Origin: Candidatus Omnitrophota bacterium
GTDB taxonomy: Bacteria > Omnitrophota > Gorgyraeia > JAGLLT01
Assembly: GCA_030632085.1 (NCBI GenBank)
Contig: DAOVJY010000001.1
Span: 271,402 to 335,401 of the forward strand
Direction: 5' to 3'
DNA: 64,000 nucleotides
Of this stretch, positions 29,582-40,244 are shown piece after piece. A program made the position numbers and the translations under genes. The stretch's first letter is position 1. Each line of letters starts with the position of its first letter. The notes below the pieces were generated by a model, which saw only the letters and a list, made by a program, of their open reading frames with translations, had not been told where the DNA came from and made no database searches.

Positions 29582-32470
29582 CTACCACCTTAAAGGCTTC
29601 TGCCAACTTTCTTTTAATTTAGCTATATCTTCTTTAATCACACACTTGCCGCCTATGCCGTTTACTATAAGCTCTTTCGCGCCTTTAATGAGGCCAACTT
29701 TCGCGAAACATGCTCCCTCAAGTACTTTTTCAAAGGCCTCTTTCTTGTCAACCGCGACTTCAACTACAAAGCGGCTCATTGACTCCGAAAAAAGCAGTTT
29801 ATAGTCTTTAAGATCGTCTATGTTGTTGGGAACTTTCTTCAAATCTATATCGGCTCCCAAGCCGCCGCCAAAGGCCATCTCGGTGAATGTTACGGCCAGC
29901 CCGCCCTCAGAACAATCGTGGATACTTTCAGCGAGGCCCTTAGAAGTTGCCTTCGATAAGGTATCCATTAACAATTTATTACTTTCTATACTGCCCGTAG
30001 GTACATTAGCTCCCATAAAACCCTTTAGCCTGTAGTAGGCCGAAGCCCCTAATTCATCTTTAGTTTCACCGACAACATATATTAAATTCCCCGCTTTTTT
30101 AAAATCTGATGAAATTGTTTTAGTAACGTCATCAATAACCCCCATCGCCGAGATTAAAAGGGTTCCGGGTATGGCTCTGGTTTTACCATGTTCATTATAT
30201 TCATTATTTAAACTATCTTTACCTGAGATAAAAGGTGCCTGATATCCCATAGAGGCATCAAAACAACCGATAGACGCCCGCACCAGGCCGCCCAACTGGT
30301 CTTCATCTGTAGGCGCGCCCCAGCAAAAATTATCCAACAAAGCCACTCTCTCTAAATTGCCGCCCGAGGCAACTATTTGCCTTAAAGCCTCATCAATCAC
30401 ATTAATCGCCATCCAGTAAGGATCTAATAAACCGTAATACGGATTTATGCCGCAAGATAATAATAAACCTTTTTTGGAATTATACAGGGGTTTTATGCAG
30501 GCAGCATCATTGGGTGTATCTTTGTTTTCTCCACCCAAAGGTTTTAAAACCGTCTGGGCCTGAACTTCATGATCGTACTGCCTTATAATCCATTCCTTTG
30601 AAGAAATATCATAAGTACCTAATAACTTATGCAAGGTATTAGCATAATCATCTTTTTCTTTTAAAGTCGGCTCACTTGTATCCGGTTTCCTCCAAACAGC
30701 TTTCTGTTTGAATCTGGGCATACCCTTATAAAGAAACTGTAAATCTAAATCGCAAACCTGATGACCTTCATAAAATATCTCTACTTTTTTAGTATCCGTA
30801 AATTCACCGATAACCGTACCTTCAACATCTTCTGAGGCAAATAATTCCAAAAGAGTATCTATTTTGCTTTTCTCAACCGCAAGGACCATTCTCTCCTGCG
30901 ACTCTGAAATCCAAATTTCATCATAGCTAAGGCCTTTATATTTTAAGGGAACCTTATCCAGCTCAACCCTTAAACCCAACTTCTCACCCATCTCGGTTAC
31001 CGCGGACGAAAAACCTCCGGCCCCGCAGTCATTTATCGACTTATACAAATTTTTATCTCTGGCTTTTAGTATAACATCTGTCATCTTTTTCTCGGTAATC
31101 GGATCGCCGATCTGAACCGCCGAACTTGAGACTTCTTCCGATTCGTGAGTTAATTCACCGGATGAAAATGTAGCTCCATGAATTCCGTCTCTACCGGTCT
31201 TTCCACCTACAGCCACAATCAAATCACCGCTATCAACTTTCTTAAAACATTTATCTTTAGGCATAATACCTACATTGCCGCAATAAACTAAAGGATTACC
31301 GATATAACTTTTATCAAACAACACCGCCCCGTTAACCGTGGGAATACCCATCCTGTTTCCGTAATCCCTTACACCGGAAACCACACCTTTAATAATTCTC
31401 TTGGGATGCATACTGCCTTTGGGAACTTCCTCGTGCGGATAATCAGGAGGGCCAAAACAAAAAACATCAGTATTGGCTATGGGCCTAGCCCCTAAACCCG
31501 TACCCAGAATATCTCTGATAACCCCGCCAACTCCGGTAGAAGCTCCACCGTAAGGCTCTAAAGCCGAGGGATGATTGTGGGTTTCAACTTTGAAACAAAC
31601 GGCATTTTCTTCATCAAAGTCAATAATCCCCGCGTTATCCTCAAAGACAGAGATACACCAATCCTTATTTAAAAGCTCAGTAGCCCTCATAATGGTTGAT
31701 TTTAACAAACCGTCAATCTCTTTACCTTCATATTCAATTAAACCTTTAAAGGTTTTATGAAAACAATGTTCCGACCAGGTTTGCGCGATTATTTCCAATT
31801 CACAATCAATGGGTTTTCTGCCTAGGTTCCTGAAATACCTCTGAATAGCCCGCATTTCCTCCAGGCTCAGATAAAGCTGACCCTCTTTAGAAATTTGCGT
31901 CAGTTTCTCATCATCAACTTCAAGTAAATCAACTTCAATAAGTTTAAATTTATATTTAGGTAGGTCTTTCTTCAGATATGGTTCTTTAGAGTATATTTCT
32001 TTACTAGTTCTGATATGCTGGATAAGTTTATTATACAAAACTTTCTGAGTCAAAGATTTAATTTTCTTCAAATCTAAATCTGTCTCAATTAAATATAGTT
32101 TCGCCGTCTTAACATCATCTAATTTCTCAATCCCTAAATCTTTTACAGCCTTGGTAATGCTGGCCTCCCACGGATCCATTACCCCCGGGTTATGAGCTAC
32201 TTCTACAGCTTTAATTGCCTGAGGAATAATTCCCGAAGTAATATTTTCCTCATTAAAAATCTGATACTGCTGGATAACTTTATCCACCAACAAATTATCA
32301 ACTATTTCTTTAACTTCAGTTTCCTTCAGGGAGCCGTAAAGGATATAAACTTCCCTGACTCTAATGCTCTTTATGCCCTCAACTCCTAAATCTTTTATGC
32401 TTTTTTTAGCCGCGTCTCCCTGGGCATCAAAAACGGCGGGTTTATTTTCAACTTCAATTCTCCAAAACAT
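29582..32470 (-). CDS. purL: FGAM synthase PurL with N-terminal PurS-like domains
   Basis: WSEHCFHK, ETHNHPS, GRDG, SESQER, ISGKDS, HDCSEGG; ~170-aa N-terminal extension. Confidence 0.96.
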   Translation of the reverse strand: MFWRIEVENKPAVFDAQGDAAKKSIKDLGVEGIKSIRVREVYILYGSLKETEVKEIVDNLLVDKVIQQYQIFNEENITSGIIPQAIKAVEVAHNPGVMDPWEASITKAVKDLGIEKLDDVKTAKLYLIETDLDLKKIKSLTQKVLYNKLIQHIRTSKEIYSKEPYLKKDLPKYKFKLIEVDLLEVDDEKLTQISKEGQLYLSLEEMRAIQRYFRNLGRKPIDCELEIIAQTWSEHCFHKTFKGLIEYEGKEIDGLLKSTIMRATELLNKDWCISVFEDNAGIIDFDEENAVCFKVETHNHPSALEPYGGASTGVGGVIRDILGTGLGARPIANTDVFCFGPPDYPHEEVPKGSMHPKRIIKGVVSGVRDYGNRMGIPTVNGAVLFDKSYIGNPLVYCGNVGIMPKDKCFKKVDSGDLIVAVGGKTGRDGIHGATFSSGELTHESEEVSSSAVQIGDPITEKKMTDVILKARDKNLYKSINDCGAGGFSSAVTEMGEKLGLRVELDKVPLKYKGLSYDEIWISESQERMVLAVEKSKIDTLLELFASEDVEGTVIGEFTDTKKVEIFYEGHQVCDLDLQFLYKGMPRFKQKAVWRKPDTSEPTLKEKDDYANTLHKLLGTYDISSKEWIIRQYDHEVQAQTVLKPLGGENKDTPNDAACIKPLYNSKKGLLLSCGINPYYGLLDPYWMAINVIDEALRQIVASGGNLERVALLDNFCWGAPTDEDQLGGLVRASIGCFDASMGYQAPFISGKDSLNNEYNEHGKTRAIPGTLLISAMGVIDDVTKTISSDFKKAGNLIYVVGETKDELGASAYYRLKGFMGANVPTGSIESNKLLMDTLSKATSKGLAESIHDCSEGGLAVTFTEMAFGGGLGADIDLKKVPNNIDDLKDYKLLFSESMSRFVVEVAVDKKEAFEKVLEGACFAKVGLIKGAKELIVNGIGGKCVIKEDIAKLKESWQKPLRW

Positions 32471-32485
32471 ACATATCCTCTATTA

Positions 32486-32580
32486 TAGTTATAAGTCACA
32501 AGTCTAAAGTCACAAGGCACAAGATACAAGATACAAGATACAAGATACAAACAATATTCAATCATCAAGAAACAATTACA
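32486..32580. repeat. Heptamer tandem repeat, (AAGATAC)4 core; half copy of the 10955 element
   Basis: AAGTCAC AAGTCTA AAGTCAC AAGGCAC (AAGATAC)x4 AAACAATATTC; 23 bp identical to 10973-10995. Confidence 0.85.
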
Positions 32581-32689
32581 ATGTTGCCAGTTAAAAGTTT
32601 TTATTTTATTTGCTTTTACTTAATCCTTAGAGCTTACCATTAGCAAGCTGCTAGTAAGCGTCTTAATTCTTAATCCTGTTTTTTGTTTT

Positions 32690-33985
32690 TTAAAGTCCAA
32701 CACGCTTATAAATTTTATTAATATTTCTTAAATAATGTTTGTAATCAAAAAACTTTTCTACGTCTTTAGGTTTAACGTAACTCAAAAACTTCTTATCGCT
32801 TAAAAGAACTTTTTTAAAAGGTACCTGTTTCTCCCAGGCGCAGAGAGCTGACTTCTGTATTAATTCATAGGCCGTCTTTCTAGTTAGGCCCTTTTCCTGA
32901 ATGAGATAAAGCATTATCCTCTGAGAAAAAACCAAACCTTGAACTTTCTCTAAATTAAAAATCATCTTTTTAGGATAAACCACCAGATTATCAACTATAT
33001 AAGTTATTTCACCTAAAACATAATCCAGCAATAATGTCGCGTCAGGCAGAATAACCCTTTCAGCCGAGGAATGGCTTATATCCCTCTCGTGCCATAAGGC
33101 CACATTATCCAAGGCGGTCTGGACATAACCCCTCAAAACCCTCACCAAACCACAAACTCTCTCACTTCTAACGGGATTTCTTTTATGAGGCATGGAGGAA
33201 GACCCCTTCTGGCCTTTTGAAAAATACTCCTCAACTTCCAAAACGTCCGTCCTCTGTAAATTACGAATTTCCAAGGCAATCTTCTCTAGAGAAGCTCCCA
33301 CTATAGCTATAGTGGCTATAAGCTGCGCGTGCCGATCGCGCTGTAAAACCTGGGTTGAAATTAAAGCCGGCTTCAAATTTAATTTCTTTAATGCCTTATC
33401 TTGAATATCCGGATCCAGATGTGAAAATGTTCCTACCGAACCGGAAATTTTTCCCACCCCTATAATCTCTTTGGCGTCATTTAAACGCTTGAGGTTTCTT
33501 TTAGCTTCCTCATAAAACAAGGCCATCTTAAAACCAAAAGTCGTCGGCTCGGCATGAATACCGTGCGTTCTACCGGCACAAATTGTATTTTTGTACCTCA
33601 GGGCCTTCTTTTTTAAAACTTTCATCAAAACCATTAAATCTTCAATTAAAATACTACTTGCTTCTTTTAATTGCATTGCCTGGCCGGTATCAACCACATC
33701 ACTTGAAGTCAAGCCCCAGTGGATATATTTTCCCTTTTTGCCCATGTAACTTGAAACATTATTTACAAAGGCGGCTACATCATGCTTGGTTATTTTCTCC
33801 AGTTCTTTAATTTTGGCTGTGTTAAAGCGGGCCTTTTTTTTGATAACTTTAAAATCACTTTTAGGTATAATTCCTTTCTCGGATAGGACCTCGCAAACCG
33901 CCAACTCTACATCAAGCATCTTTTGAAGCTTATTATCTTCACTCCAGACATCCTGCATTTTCTTTCGGGAATATCTTTCTATCAT
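32690..33985 (-). CDS. purB: Adenylosuccinate lyase
   Basis: MIERYS, GRTHGIHAEPTTFG, GSSSMPHKRNP, WHERDISHSS. Confidence 0.98.
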   Translation of the reverse strand: MIERYSRKKMQDVWSEDNKLQKMLDVELAVCEVLSEKGIIPKSDFKVIKKKARFNTAKIKELEKITKHDVAAFVNNVSSYMGKKGKYIHWGLTSSDVVDTGQAMQLKEASSILIEDLMVLMKVLKKKALRYKNTICAGRTHGIHAEPTTFGFKMALFYEEAKRNLKRLNDAKEIIGVGKISGSVGTFSHLDPDIQDKALKKLNLKPALISTQVLQRDRHAQLIATIAIVGASLEKIALEIRNLQRTDVLEVEEYFSKGQKGSSSMPHKRNPVRSERVCGLVRVLRGYVQTALDNVALWHERDISHSSAERVILPDATLLLDYVLGEITYIVDNLVVYPKKMIFNLEKVQGLVFSQRIMLYLIQEKGLTRKTAYELIQKSALCAWEKQVPFKKVLLSDKKFLSYVKPKDVEKFFDYKHYLRNINKIYKRVGL

Positions 33986-34108
33986 TAAAAATACTCCTGT
34001 TTTTTAAAGGTGGGTAGTTAACTAAAAACAATTTATATGATAACAGATAAAAAAGCGACCGTCAATAACATAAAATGCTATTAAAGGTATTTATTTTAAT
34101 AAATGCTT

Positions 34109-35164
34109 TTACTCAACTGCAGAAAGACTGTTTAGGTGAGTTTTTATAGCTTCCTGGATTTCGGAATCTAAATTAGATGCTGCCCCAAGTGCTTTCCTGA
34201 AGGCCTCTTTGGCTTTTTTATAATCTTTCCTTTTTAAATAAATAAGACCCAGTGTATCATAATAATAACCTTTTTTTTCAGAAGGCAGCGTCAAAGCCTG
34301 CATAGCATAATCTTCAGCCATATCCAGATTACGCCCGTCTAAATACAGACTGTAAGCTATATTATTATAAGCATCCGCGTATTCTTTATCAATCTCAATC
34401 GCTTTATTATAATAAACTGTCGCCTGAGCATATTCATTAAGCTTCAAATAAACATTGCCCAGATTAAAAAAGTATAAGGCTCGCGTGTTATCTGCTTTTA
34501 TGGCCTTTTTATAATAAACAACTGCCAGGTCATTTAAGCCCGACTTTTCATATATTAATCCCAGTTTATTTAAGTAATAGCTGTCTAACTCCCAGTCCAC
34601 TTTCTGAGGCGGAGCAACTACCAATGCCCACTTACCGGCTGATTCCCACTTTCTGATGAAATCACCATAAGTCATCAATTCAGGTTCTTCTTTGCCCGAA
34701 TAAACCAGCACCGCTTGCCGGGTTTCATCATAACCAAAGAGAACCATATAGTGATTTTTCTTAATAAAAGGCATTACCTGCAGCATAACAATAACAGGGA
34801 TACCTTCTCTTATCTTGGGCCCCAATTCATCTAGTTCAAACTCACCCGCCTGGGCAAAAAAACCTCTTTCAAAGGCATAATTTTCTAAGTCTATCGTCAG
34901 GCTTCCCTTAATGGACGTACGATAAATAGATTCAGCTATTTCCTCCTGGGTAACTTTATCACCCCAGTAATTTATGACTACGGCTAAAGCGGATGGCCCA
35001 CAGAAGTTTTTATCCTGTTTAAAAAAAAGAAGGCCATCAATATAATGGCCTTCATCAATATCATTATCCAAATCGGCTTTTATAACAGTATAGTTTAATC
35101 CCGCGCAGCCGCAAAGAAGAAAAAAACAACTTATAACTACTATAAAAAGTTCTCTTTTCTTCAC
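34109..35164 (-). CDS. Lipoprotein: C39-like cysteine peptidase (PA2778-like) plus TPRs
   Basis: Lipobox LCGC, Q..FCGPSALA, HYMVLFGYD, C-terminal TPRs. Confidence 0.85.
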   Translation of the reverse strand: MKKRELFIVVISCFFLLCGCAGLNYTVIKADLDNDIDEGHYIDGLLFFKQDKNFCGPSALAVVINYWGDKVTQEEIAESIYRTSIKGSLTIDLENYAFERGFFAQAGEFELDELGPKIREGIPVIVMLQVMPFIKKNHYMVLFGYDETRQAVLVYSGKEEPELMTYGDFIRKWESAGKWALVVAPPQKVDWELDSYYLNKLGLIYEKSGLNDLAVVYYKKAIKADNTRALYFFNLGNVYLKLNEYAQATVYYNKAIEIDKEYADAYNNIAYSLYLDGRNLDMAEDYAMQALTLPSEKKGYYYDTLGLIYLKRKDYKKAKEAFRKALGAASNLDSEIQEAIKTHLNSLSAVE

Positions 35165-35167
35165 TTC

Positions 35168-35593
35168 CTATGAATTCTTCTCTATTGTTACCGGATTGTG
35201 TAATTTAACCTTGCGATCAGTCGCGTATAGGAAAAGTATGCCTATCAAAAGAACAACCAGTAGAATTATAGCTATTCCGGCACCACTGCCGGCCTTATCA
35301 AGCGTTTTGACTTTCTGAGCCATTTGATGTAATTGGTGTTCATCCATTGTAGATAAACTCACCTTAATTTCATCAGCCGATAAACCCAACTTTGCTAATC
35401 TTTCAACCACTATTTCTTTTTCCAAGAAAGAAGAAACAGCCTCCAAATCAGCTCTGTAAGCCGCCGAGACAACTTTAGCTGAAGAAGATACCGGAAGCGC
35501 AAAAGCATTAATCGGCAAGCAACCTAAAATAAGTCCGAGTACAAACATAAAAATATAAACGCGCTTTTGTTCAAAGATCCTCTTAAAAAACAT
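35168..35593 (-). CDS. PA2779-like exported/membrane protein
   Basis: Signal peptide, RLAKLGLSADE..LHQMA, then AG followed by a hydrophobic helix; paired with the C39-like peptidase. Confidence 0.8.
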   Translation of the reverse strand: MFFKRIFEQKRVYIFMFVLGLILGCLPINAFALPVSSSAKVVSAAYRADLEAVSSFLEKEIVVERLAKLGLSADEIKVSLSTMDEHQLHQMAQKVKTLDKAGSGAGIAIILLVVLLIGILFLYATDRKVKLHNPVTIEKNS

Positions 35594-35607
35594 CTGCTAC
35601 CTCCTAT

Positions 35608-35967
35608 TTATTTAGTAAAAATCATTTTAATTGCGATAACAAGCATGCAAACTCCGAACATTCTTCTTAAAACCGTTTCGGAAATATGTTCTACAAAACT
35701 GGCTCCAATAAAACCGCCCACAAAAAAACCCATAGCAATAAATATAGCTACGGTAATATTAACCTGACCTTGGGAATAATACTTCATAGCCGCCAATAAG
35801 CCAATAGGAAGAACCATAACCGCCAGGGTTGTCCCCTGGGCGCCATGTTGAGAAAATCCAAAAAGATAAACTAACGCGGGAATCATAACAATACCGCCGC
35901 CTATACCTAAAAGGCCGCTTAGTATTCCCGCAACAAGTCCGACTACTATAAACAAGTAGTTACTCAA
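35608..35967 (-). CDS. TauE/SafE (TSUP) family permease, half-size
   Basis: GILSGLLGIGGGIVMIP, AQGTTLA. Confidence 0.88.
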   Translation of the reverse strand: MSNYLFIVVGLVAGILSGLLGIGGGIVMIPALVYLFGFSQHGAQGTTLAVMVLPIGLLAAMKYYSQGQVNITVAIFIAMGFFVGGFIGASFVEHISETVLRRMFGVCMLVIAIKMIFTK

Positions 35968-36044
35968 ATTTGCCTCCCCCGTTATCTTTCAATAAGAATA
36001 CTACAAAAACCATTCAGCGTCAAGATATTATACAACTTATTAGT

Positions 36045-36095
36045 AACAAAAAAACCCGCGAGAACTTACTCTTTTGGGTTTTGGAGACTGCGGAT
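36045..36095 (-). repeat. Array repeat copy 1 (most decayed; internally deleted)
   Basis: AACAAAAAAACCCGCGAGAACTTACTCTTTTGGGTTT degenerate hairpin, then TGGAG-ACTGCGGATA (ends of the 34-bp core). Confidence 0.65.
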
Positions 36096-36120
36096 AATTT
36101 ATTTTCATATATATGAATGA

Positions 36121-36798
36121 TTAATTTATTTGGAAGACGATAGCCACATCCATCGTGAGACTTGAACGTTTTAAGTCGCCGGGTATAGGCATAAAGGGGC
36201 TAGCCCTTTTTACTGTAGCTACAGCCGCAGAATCAAGTATGTTAATCCCCGATGATTTGATAAGACTAATATTAGCAACTTCCCCGCTCAATAAAGTCGT
36301 AAACCTGATACATGCAGCACCTTCAAGCCCTTGCTTCTTGGCCCAACTTGGATATCTGCGCGAACTTTCAATTTTCTGTTTTATCATATCCTGATATCTA
36401 AGTATAGCCTCATCTTGCGGATTTTTTACTTCAATAAATTCTTCTTTTGGTTCTGGGATATATTTTTTATTCGCAATTTCTTCTATTGCGCTATCCTCAA
36501 CTTCTTCTTTTTCCTTAGGCTCTTCTATATTTTTGGGTGTTTGCGCCTGAGGCTCTAACTCCGGCATATCTTCTTTTACCGGTTCTTTAACTTTTTTTTC
36601 CTTCCCTAATATATCTATTTTAGGTAATAGAGGTGGTTTTTCAAACTGAAGCTCAATAATAATTTCTTCATTTTCTTCTAAAATCTCTGGTGAAGATGTC
36701 AAATTAAACTTTGGCAGCCAAAAAAGAATAATGTGCAGCAAAAGAGATAAAAAAAAGAATGCTACTATTGCTTTTTCTTCGGAATAATATCTCATCAA
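36121..36798 (-). CDS. tonB: Energy transducer TonB
   Basis: SLLLH TM, Pro/Glu-rich linker, YPSWAKKQGLEG, SSG..ILD.AA. Confidence 0.92.
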   Translation of the reverse strand: MMRYYSEEKAIVAFFFLSLLLHIILFWLPKFNLTSSPEILEENEEIIIELQFEKPPLLPKIDILGKEKKVKEPVKEDMPELEPQAQTPKNIEEPKEKEEVEDSAIEEIANKKYIPEPKEEFIEVKNPQDEAILRYQDMIKQKIESSRRYPSWAKKQGLEGAACIRFTTLLSGEVANISLIKSSGINILDSAAVATVKRASPFMPIPGDLKRSSLTMDVAIVFQIN

Positions 36799-37244
36799 TA
36801 ACTTTCTGCATTCAAAGATGAATTAAGTTCATTAATCGCCGGCTCATTATAAGTTCTGGTTGATATAGCTATACCTTGAGCATTAGCATCTTTGGCTATA
36901 TCCATAATTTTAACAGCTAAACCCAGGTTAACCTTTTCATCAGCCTTCAGAATAACTGTTTTTTCCTGATTCATTTCCAACTTCTTCTCAAGAAAATCCT
37001 TAAGATTTTTAAGAGCCACTTCCTCATCATTAAGATAAACCTTATTATTCTCACTAATGAATACAATGATATTCTCTTCTTCCTGGGGCATTGCCGTTCT
37101 GGCCATTGGTAAAGATATTTTTATTGCCGGCCGCATTATAAAATTAGCTGTAAGCATAAAGAAAATAAGAAGCAAAAAAACAATATCAATTAAAGGGGCG
37201 ATATCAAAATGTGTTTTTATCCTTCTTCTTGAATCAAATTCCAT
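36795..37244 (-). CDS. exbD: Biopolymer transporter ExbD
   Basis: IAPLIDIVFLLLIFFML, LKAD; start uncertain (37244/37253/37283). Confidence 0.93.
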   Translation of the reverse strand: MEFDSRRRIKTHFDIAPLIDIVFLLLIFFMLTANFIMRPAIKISLPMARTAMPQEEENIIVFISENNKVYLNDEEVALKNLKDFLEKKLEMNQEKTVILKADEKVNLGLAVKIMDIAKDANAQGIAISTRTYNEPAINELNSSLNAESY

Positions 37245-37896
37245 ACTCAACATCCTCCCCGGGACTTCTCTTTTCTTTGGCAATGCCGGTGTTTTTTATG
37301 TGCAGCCATTCCAATAGCTCTTCACCGGCATCTTTCATTTGAGCATAGGTATTATCTACTCTACCTTCGAAATAATGATAAAAGATAATTGCCGGAATGG
37401 CTACAGTCATACCGGCAGCCGTAGTAATTAGGGCTTCCGCGATACCTCCGGCCAAAACGGAGGCATCAACTCTCCCGCCAAGCTCTTGAATCTTTACAAA
37501 ACACTTTATCATTCCCGTGACCGTACCCAGCAAACCAAGAAGAGGTGTTATGTGGCCTATAATACCCAAGGGCCTGAGGTTTTTATCAAGCTTTTTTATT
37601 TCTCTTGAACCTATCCTTGAAAGATTTTTTTCAATATCTTTCTCAGGTCTTTTTCGTAAATGAATACCGGTACCTAATATTTTAGCAACCGGCCCGGGTG
37701 TTTTCCGGCAAAATTTTTCAGCTTCATTCTCTTTATTATCTACAACTAAAAGCTTAACCTGTTCTAAAAAATTAGGTATCTTATTTCTTGCGCGGTGAAA
37801 ACAATGCGCCCTTTCAAAAACAATAGCAATCATCAGCACCGAACAAAAAACAATCGGCCAAATAAAAAAACCACCCTTTAATAAAAATTCAAACAT
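37234..37896 (-). CDS. exbB: MotA/TolQ/ExbB proton channel
   Basis: PLLGLLGTVTGMI, GIAEALITTAAG..VAIPA. Confidence 0.94.
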   Translation of the reverse strand: MFEFLLKGGFFIWPIVFCSVLMIAIVFERAHCFHRARNKIPNFLEQVKLLVVDNKENEAEKFCRKTPGPVAKILGTGIHLRKRPEKDIEKNLSRIGSREIKKLDKNLRPLGIIGHITPLLGLLGTVTGMIKCFVKIQELGGRVDASVLAGGIAEALITTAAGMTVAIPAIIFYHYFEGRVDNTYAQMKDAGEELLEWLHIKNTGIAKEKRSPGEDVEYGI

Positions 37897-37947
37897 ATAT
37901 TTCTCCTTTTAATCCCACCCACCCAACCTTTTTTGTTTTCTATTTTA

Positions 37948-40143
37948 CTAGAACGATAATTTCATTCCCGCGTAAATAATTCTGCCGTAATAAGGAGCAT
38001 ACATAAAGGCTGCATCATCCGGCCTTTTGTCTTTTTGGATTTCATCAAACAAATTCCTTGCCCCAATATAGGCCGTAAGATTTTCTCTCAAGAAATTATG
38101 CTTAGATATTTTCATATTAGCCACCCAAAAACCTTTAGTATGCACAATTTCAGAACCGGGGTTATCCACGTCATCATTTTCATAATAATCTATATACATT
38201 CTGCCGGTATAATCCGTCCCAAAATTTATCTCCCAGTCTTTTGGTGTCAGGGCAAAACCTACTCCGGAGGTAAACTTTGGAACTCTGGAAATATGTTTAC
38301 TATCTGAAGCGTATTGATTTCCGTGAACCGGATGATGGACCCAATCGGCTCTTTCATTATCATATTTGGCATCGGTATAGGTAAAATCCACCTCAAGCTG
38401 AACCAGATCAGAGAAAACAAAATCTGAACCAACTTCTACGCCCTGCGTATAAGCATCGCCCAAGTTCTCCCATTCATAATCATAACCCATTGCCCTAGCC
38501 GTAGCACTAGCATCAACTAAACCTATCTTATTTTCTAAATTTGTTCTAAATAAACTCACATAAGGTACAAACCGGCCAATCTTATAATCAGCTGAGAGGT
38601 TTGCGCCAAGCGATTCTTCAGACTTAAGGTCCCCAGGCTTAAAAACTCTGGGAGAACCACTGCAAAGATGCAAATCCTCAGAAAATCCATAAGGAACTCT
38701 AAACCCTTTCCCAACAGCGAGTCTTAACGAAAGGTCATTTATAGGCTTATACATCAAACTTGTCCTGGGATTGAAGGATTTCTCATTTAATTCATTTGAT
38801 ACTGACTTTCCGTAAGTATCTCCGCTACCCGCAAAACTATCTTCTGAGCGGTGAATATCATATCTAGCGCCTATTAACCAGGTTAGATTATCTAAAATTG
38901 CTATCTCATCCTGGAGATAAATACCATATTCATGGGCGTGCTTCTCGCTGGTTGACTCATACGCGTTTCCATAATCAGAAGCAGTATCATCAACAACAAC
39001 GTATTTACCGCTCTCATCAAGCTTATTGTAACTATATTGAAAACCCCCCAAAAACTGGTGCCTTTCACCTATCAGGCGATGGTAATTAATATCAATGTTA
39101 TATTGTTGCTCTTTAGCTCTATACGGCTCCATTTCATTTAATGACGGCTCCGCGTCAGCATGTGTACTTTTATAATCTCCTAAGAAAGTATCGTTGGTAG
39201 CATCACGATAGTGTTGAAACATGGAAAAAGTCATATTAAACATATCAATATCAGAAAACGGTTTCTCATAACCGGCCTGCAATTCATATCTGTCGGAATC
39301 TATGCTTTCTGAAGCTGCCGCAAACGGATTAGTATAGGTTTCCAGCTCACCGCCTTTTCTTTCTTCACTATAAATTCGAGCGCCAAGAGTCAATTTATCC
39401 TCACCAATAACATCTTTAAAATTTAATCTCGTACCTAAAGTATTAGACCTTGACCAAACTCTATCCAGCATATGACTACTGCCGGGCTTTTCACCATCAT
39501 ATATTTCATCACCCTCATCTCTTTGGGCATATATTAAAACATCTACATTTTCAGTCGGATATGACCCCAATATAGAATATTTATTAGTTCTATGTTCTCC
39601 AAATACGGTTTCAACTTCAAAGGCCGGATCTTCAGATGGTGTTTTAGTAATAACATTAATAACACCGGCAATAGCACTGGAACCATATAAAGCGGAACCC
39701 GGCCCCTTCACCACCTCAATTCTATCAATCATTGATGCCGGTATCTGCTGCAGGCCGTAAACCGAAGTTACCCCGGTAAATAATGGTTGCCCATCTATTA
39801 ATATTTGGACGTGCCCCGATTCCAAACCCTGCATTCGCACATCGGAAAAATTACAATATGAACATTGTTGTTCAACTCTTATACCGGGAACACTTTCCAA
39901 TGCTTCATAAAGATTTGTAGCTCCCTTAGCGCTAATCTCATCAGAACTTATAACTTCCGTTCTTATGGGCACATCACTTAAGATTCTTTCCGTCTTGGTA
40001 GCTGTAACAACTACCTGCCCCAAATCGTAATCGGAGGCATCACCTTCAGCCCCGACGTTATTCGACACTGAAAATAAAAAAACACAAACTAAAATAGGCA
40101 GAAAACATAAAGATACCGACTGCCAAGCAAATAAACGTTTCAT
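37948..40143 (-). CDS. TonB-dependent receptor, probably for metal uptake
   Basis: TonB box VVVTATKT, IDRIEVVKGPGSALYG, plug CSYC, EDLHLC, terminal F. Confidence 0.93.
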   Translation of the reverse strand: MKRLFAWQSVSLCFLPILVCVFLFSVSNNVGAEGDASDYDLGQVVVTATKTERILSDVPIRTEVISSDEISAKGATNLYEALESVPGIRVEQQCSYCNFSDVRMQGLESGHVQILIDGQPLFTGVTSVYGLQQIPASMIDRIEVVKGPGSALYGSSAIAGVINVITKTPSEDPAFEVETVFGEHRTNKYSILGSYPTENVDVLIYAQRDEGDEIYDGEKPGSSHMLDRVWSRSNTLGTRLNFKDVIGEDKLTLGARIYSEERKGGELETYTNPFAAASESIDSDRYELQAGYEKPFSDIDMFNMTFSMFQHYRDATNDTFLGDYKSTHADAEPSLNEMEPYRAKEQQYNIDINYHRLIGERHQFLGGFQYSYNKLDESGKYVVVDDTASDYGNAYESTSEKHAHEYGIYLQDEIAILDNLTWLIGARYDIHRSEDSFAGSGDTYGKSVSNELNEKSFNPRTSLMYKPINDLSLRLAVGKGFRVPYGFSEDLHLCSGSPRVFKPGDLKSEESLGANLSADYKIGRFVPYVSLFRTNLENKIGLVDASATARAMGYDYEWENLGDAYTQGVEVGSDFVFSDLVQLEVDFTYTDAKYDNERADWVHHPVHGNQYASDSKHISRVPKFTSGVGFALTPKDWEINFGTDYTGRMYIDYYENDDVDNPGSEIVHTKGFWVANMKISKHNFLRENLTAYIGARNLFDEIQKDKRPDDAAFMYAPYYGRIIYAGMKLSF

Positions 40144-40244
40144 ATCTCTACTCCTTCATTGTTCCCTCTGGCTGTCCAGTCGGTCTTTTAAAATTAACTC
40201 ACTTTTTTTGTTAGCCCTGCGTATACAGTAGCTGCTTTTTCAAC

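Noticed and set aside
32625-32665. Purine/ZTP/PRPP riboswitch upstream of purL
   Set aside because: Only a simple hairpin (GCTTAC…GTAAGC); no riboswitch consensus recognised
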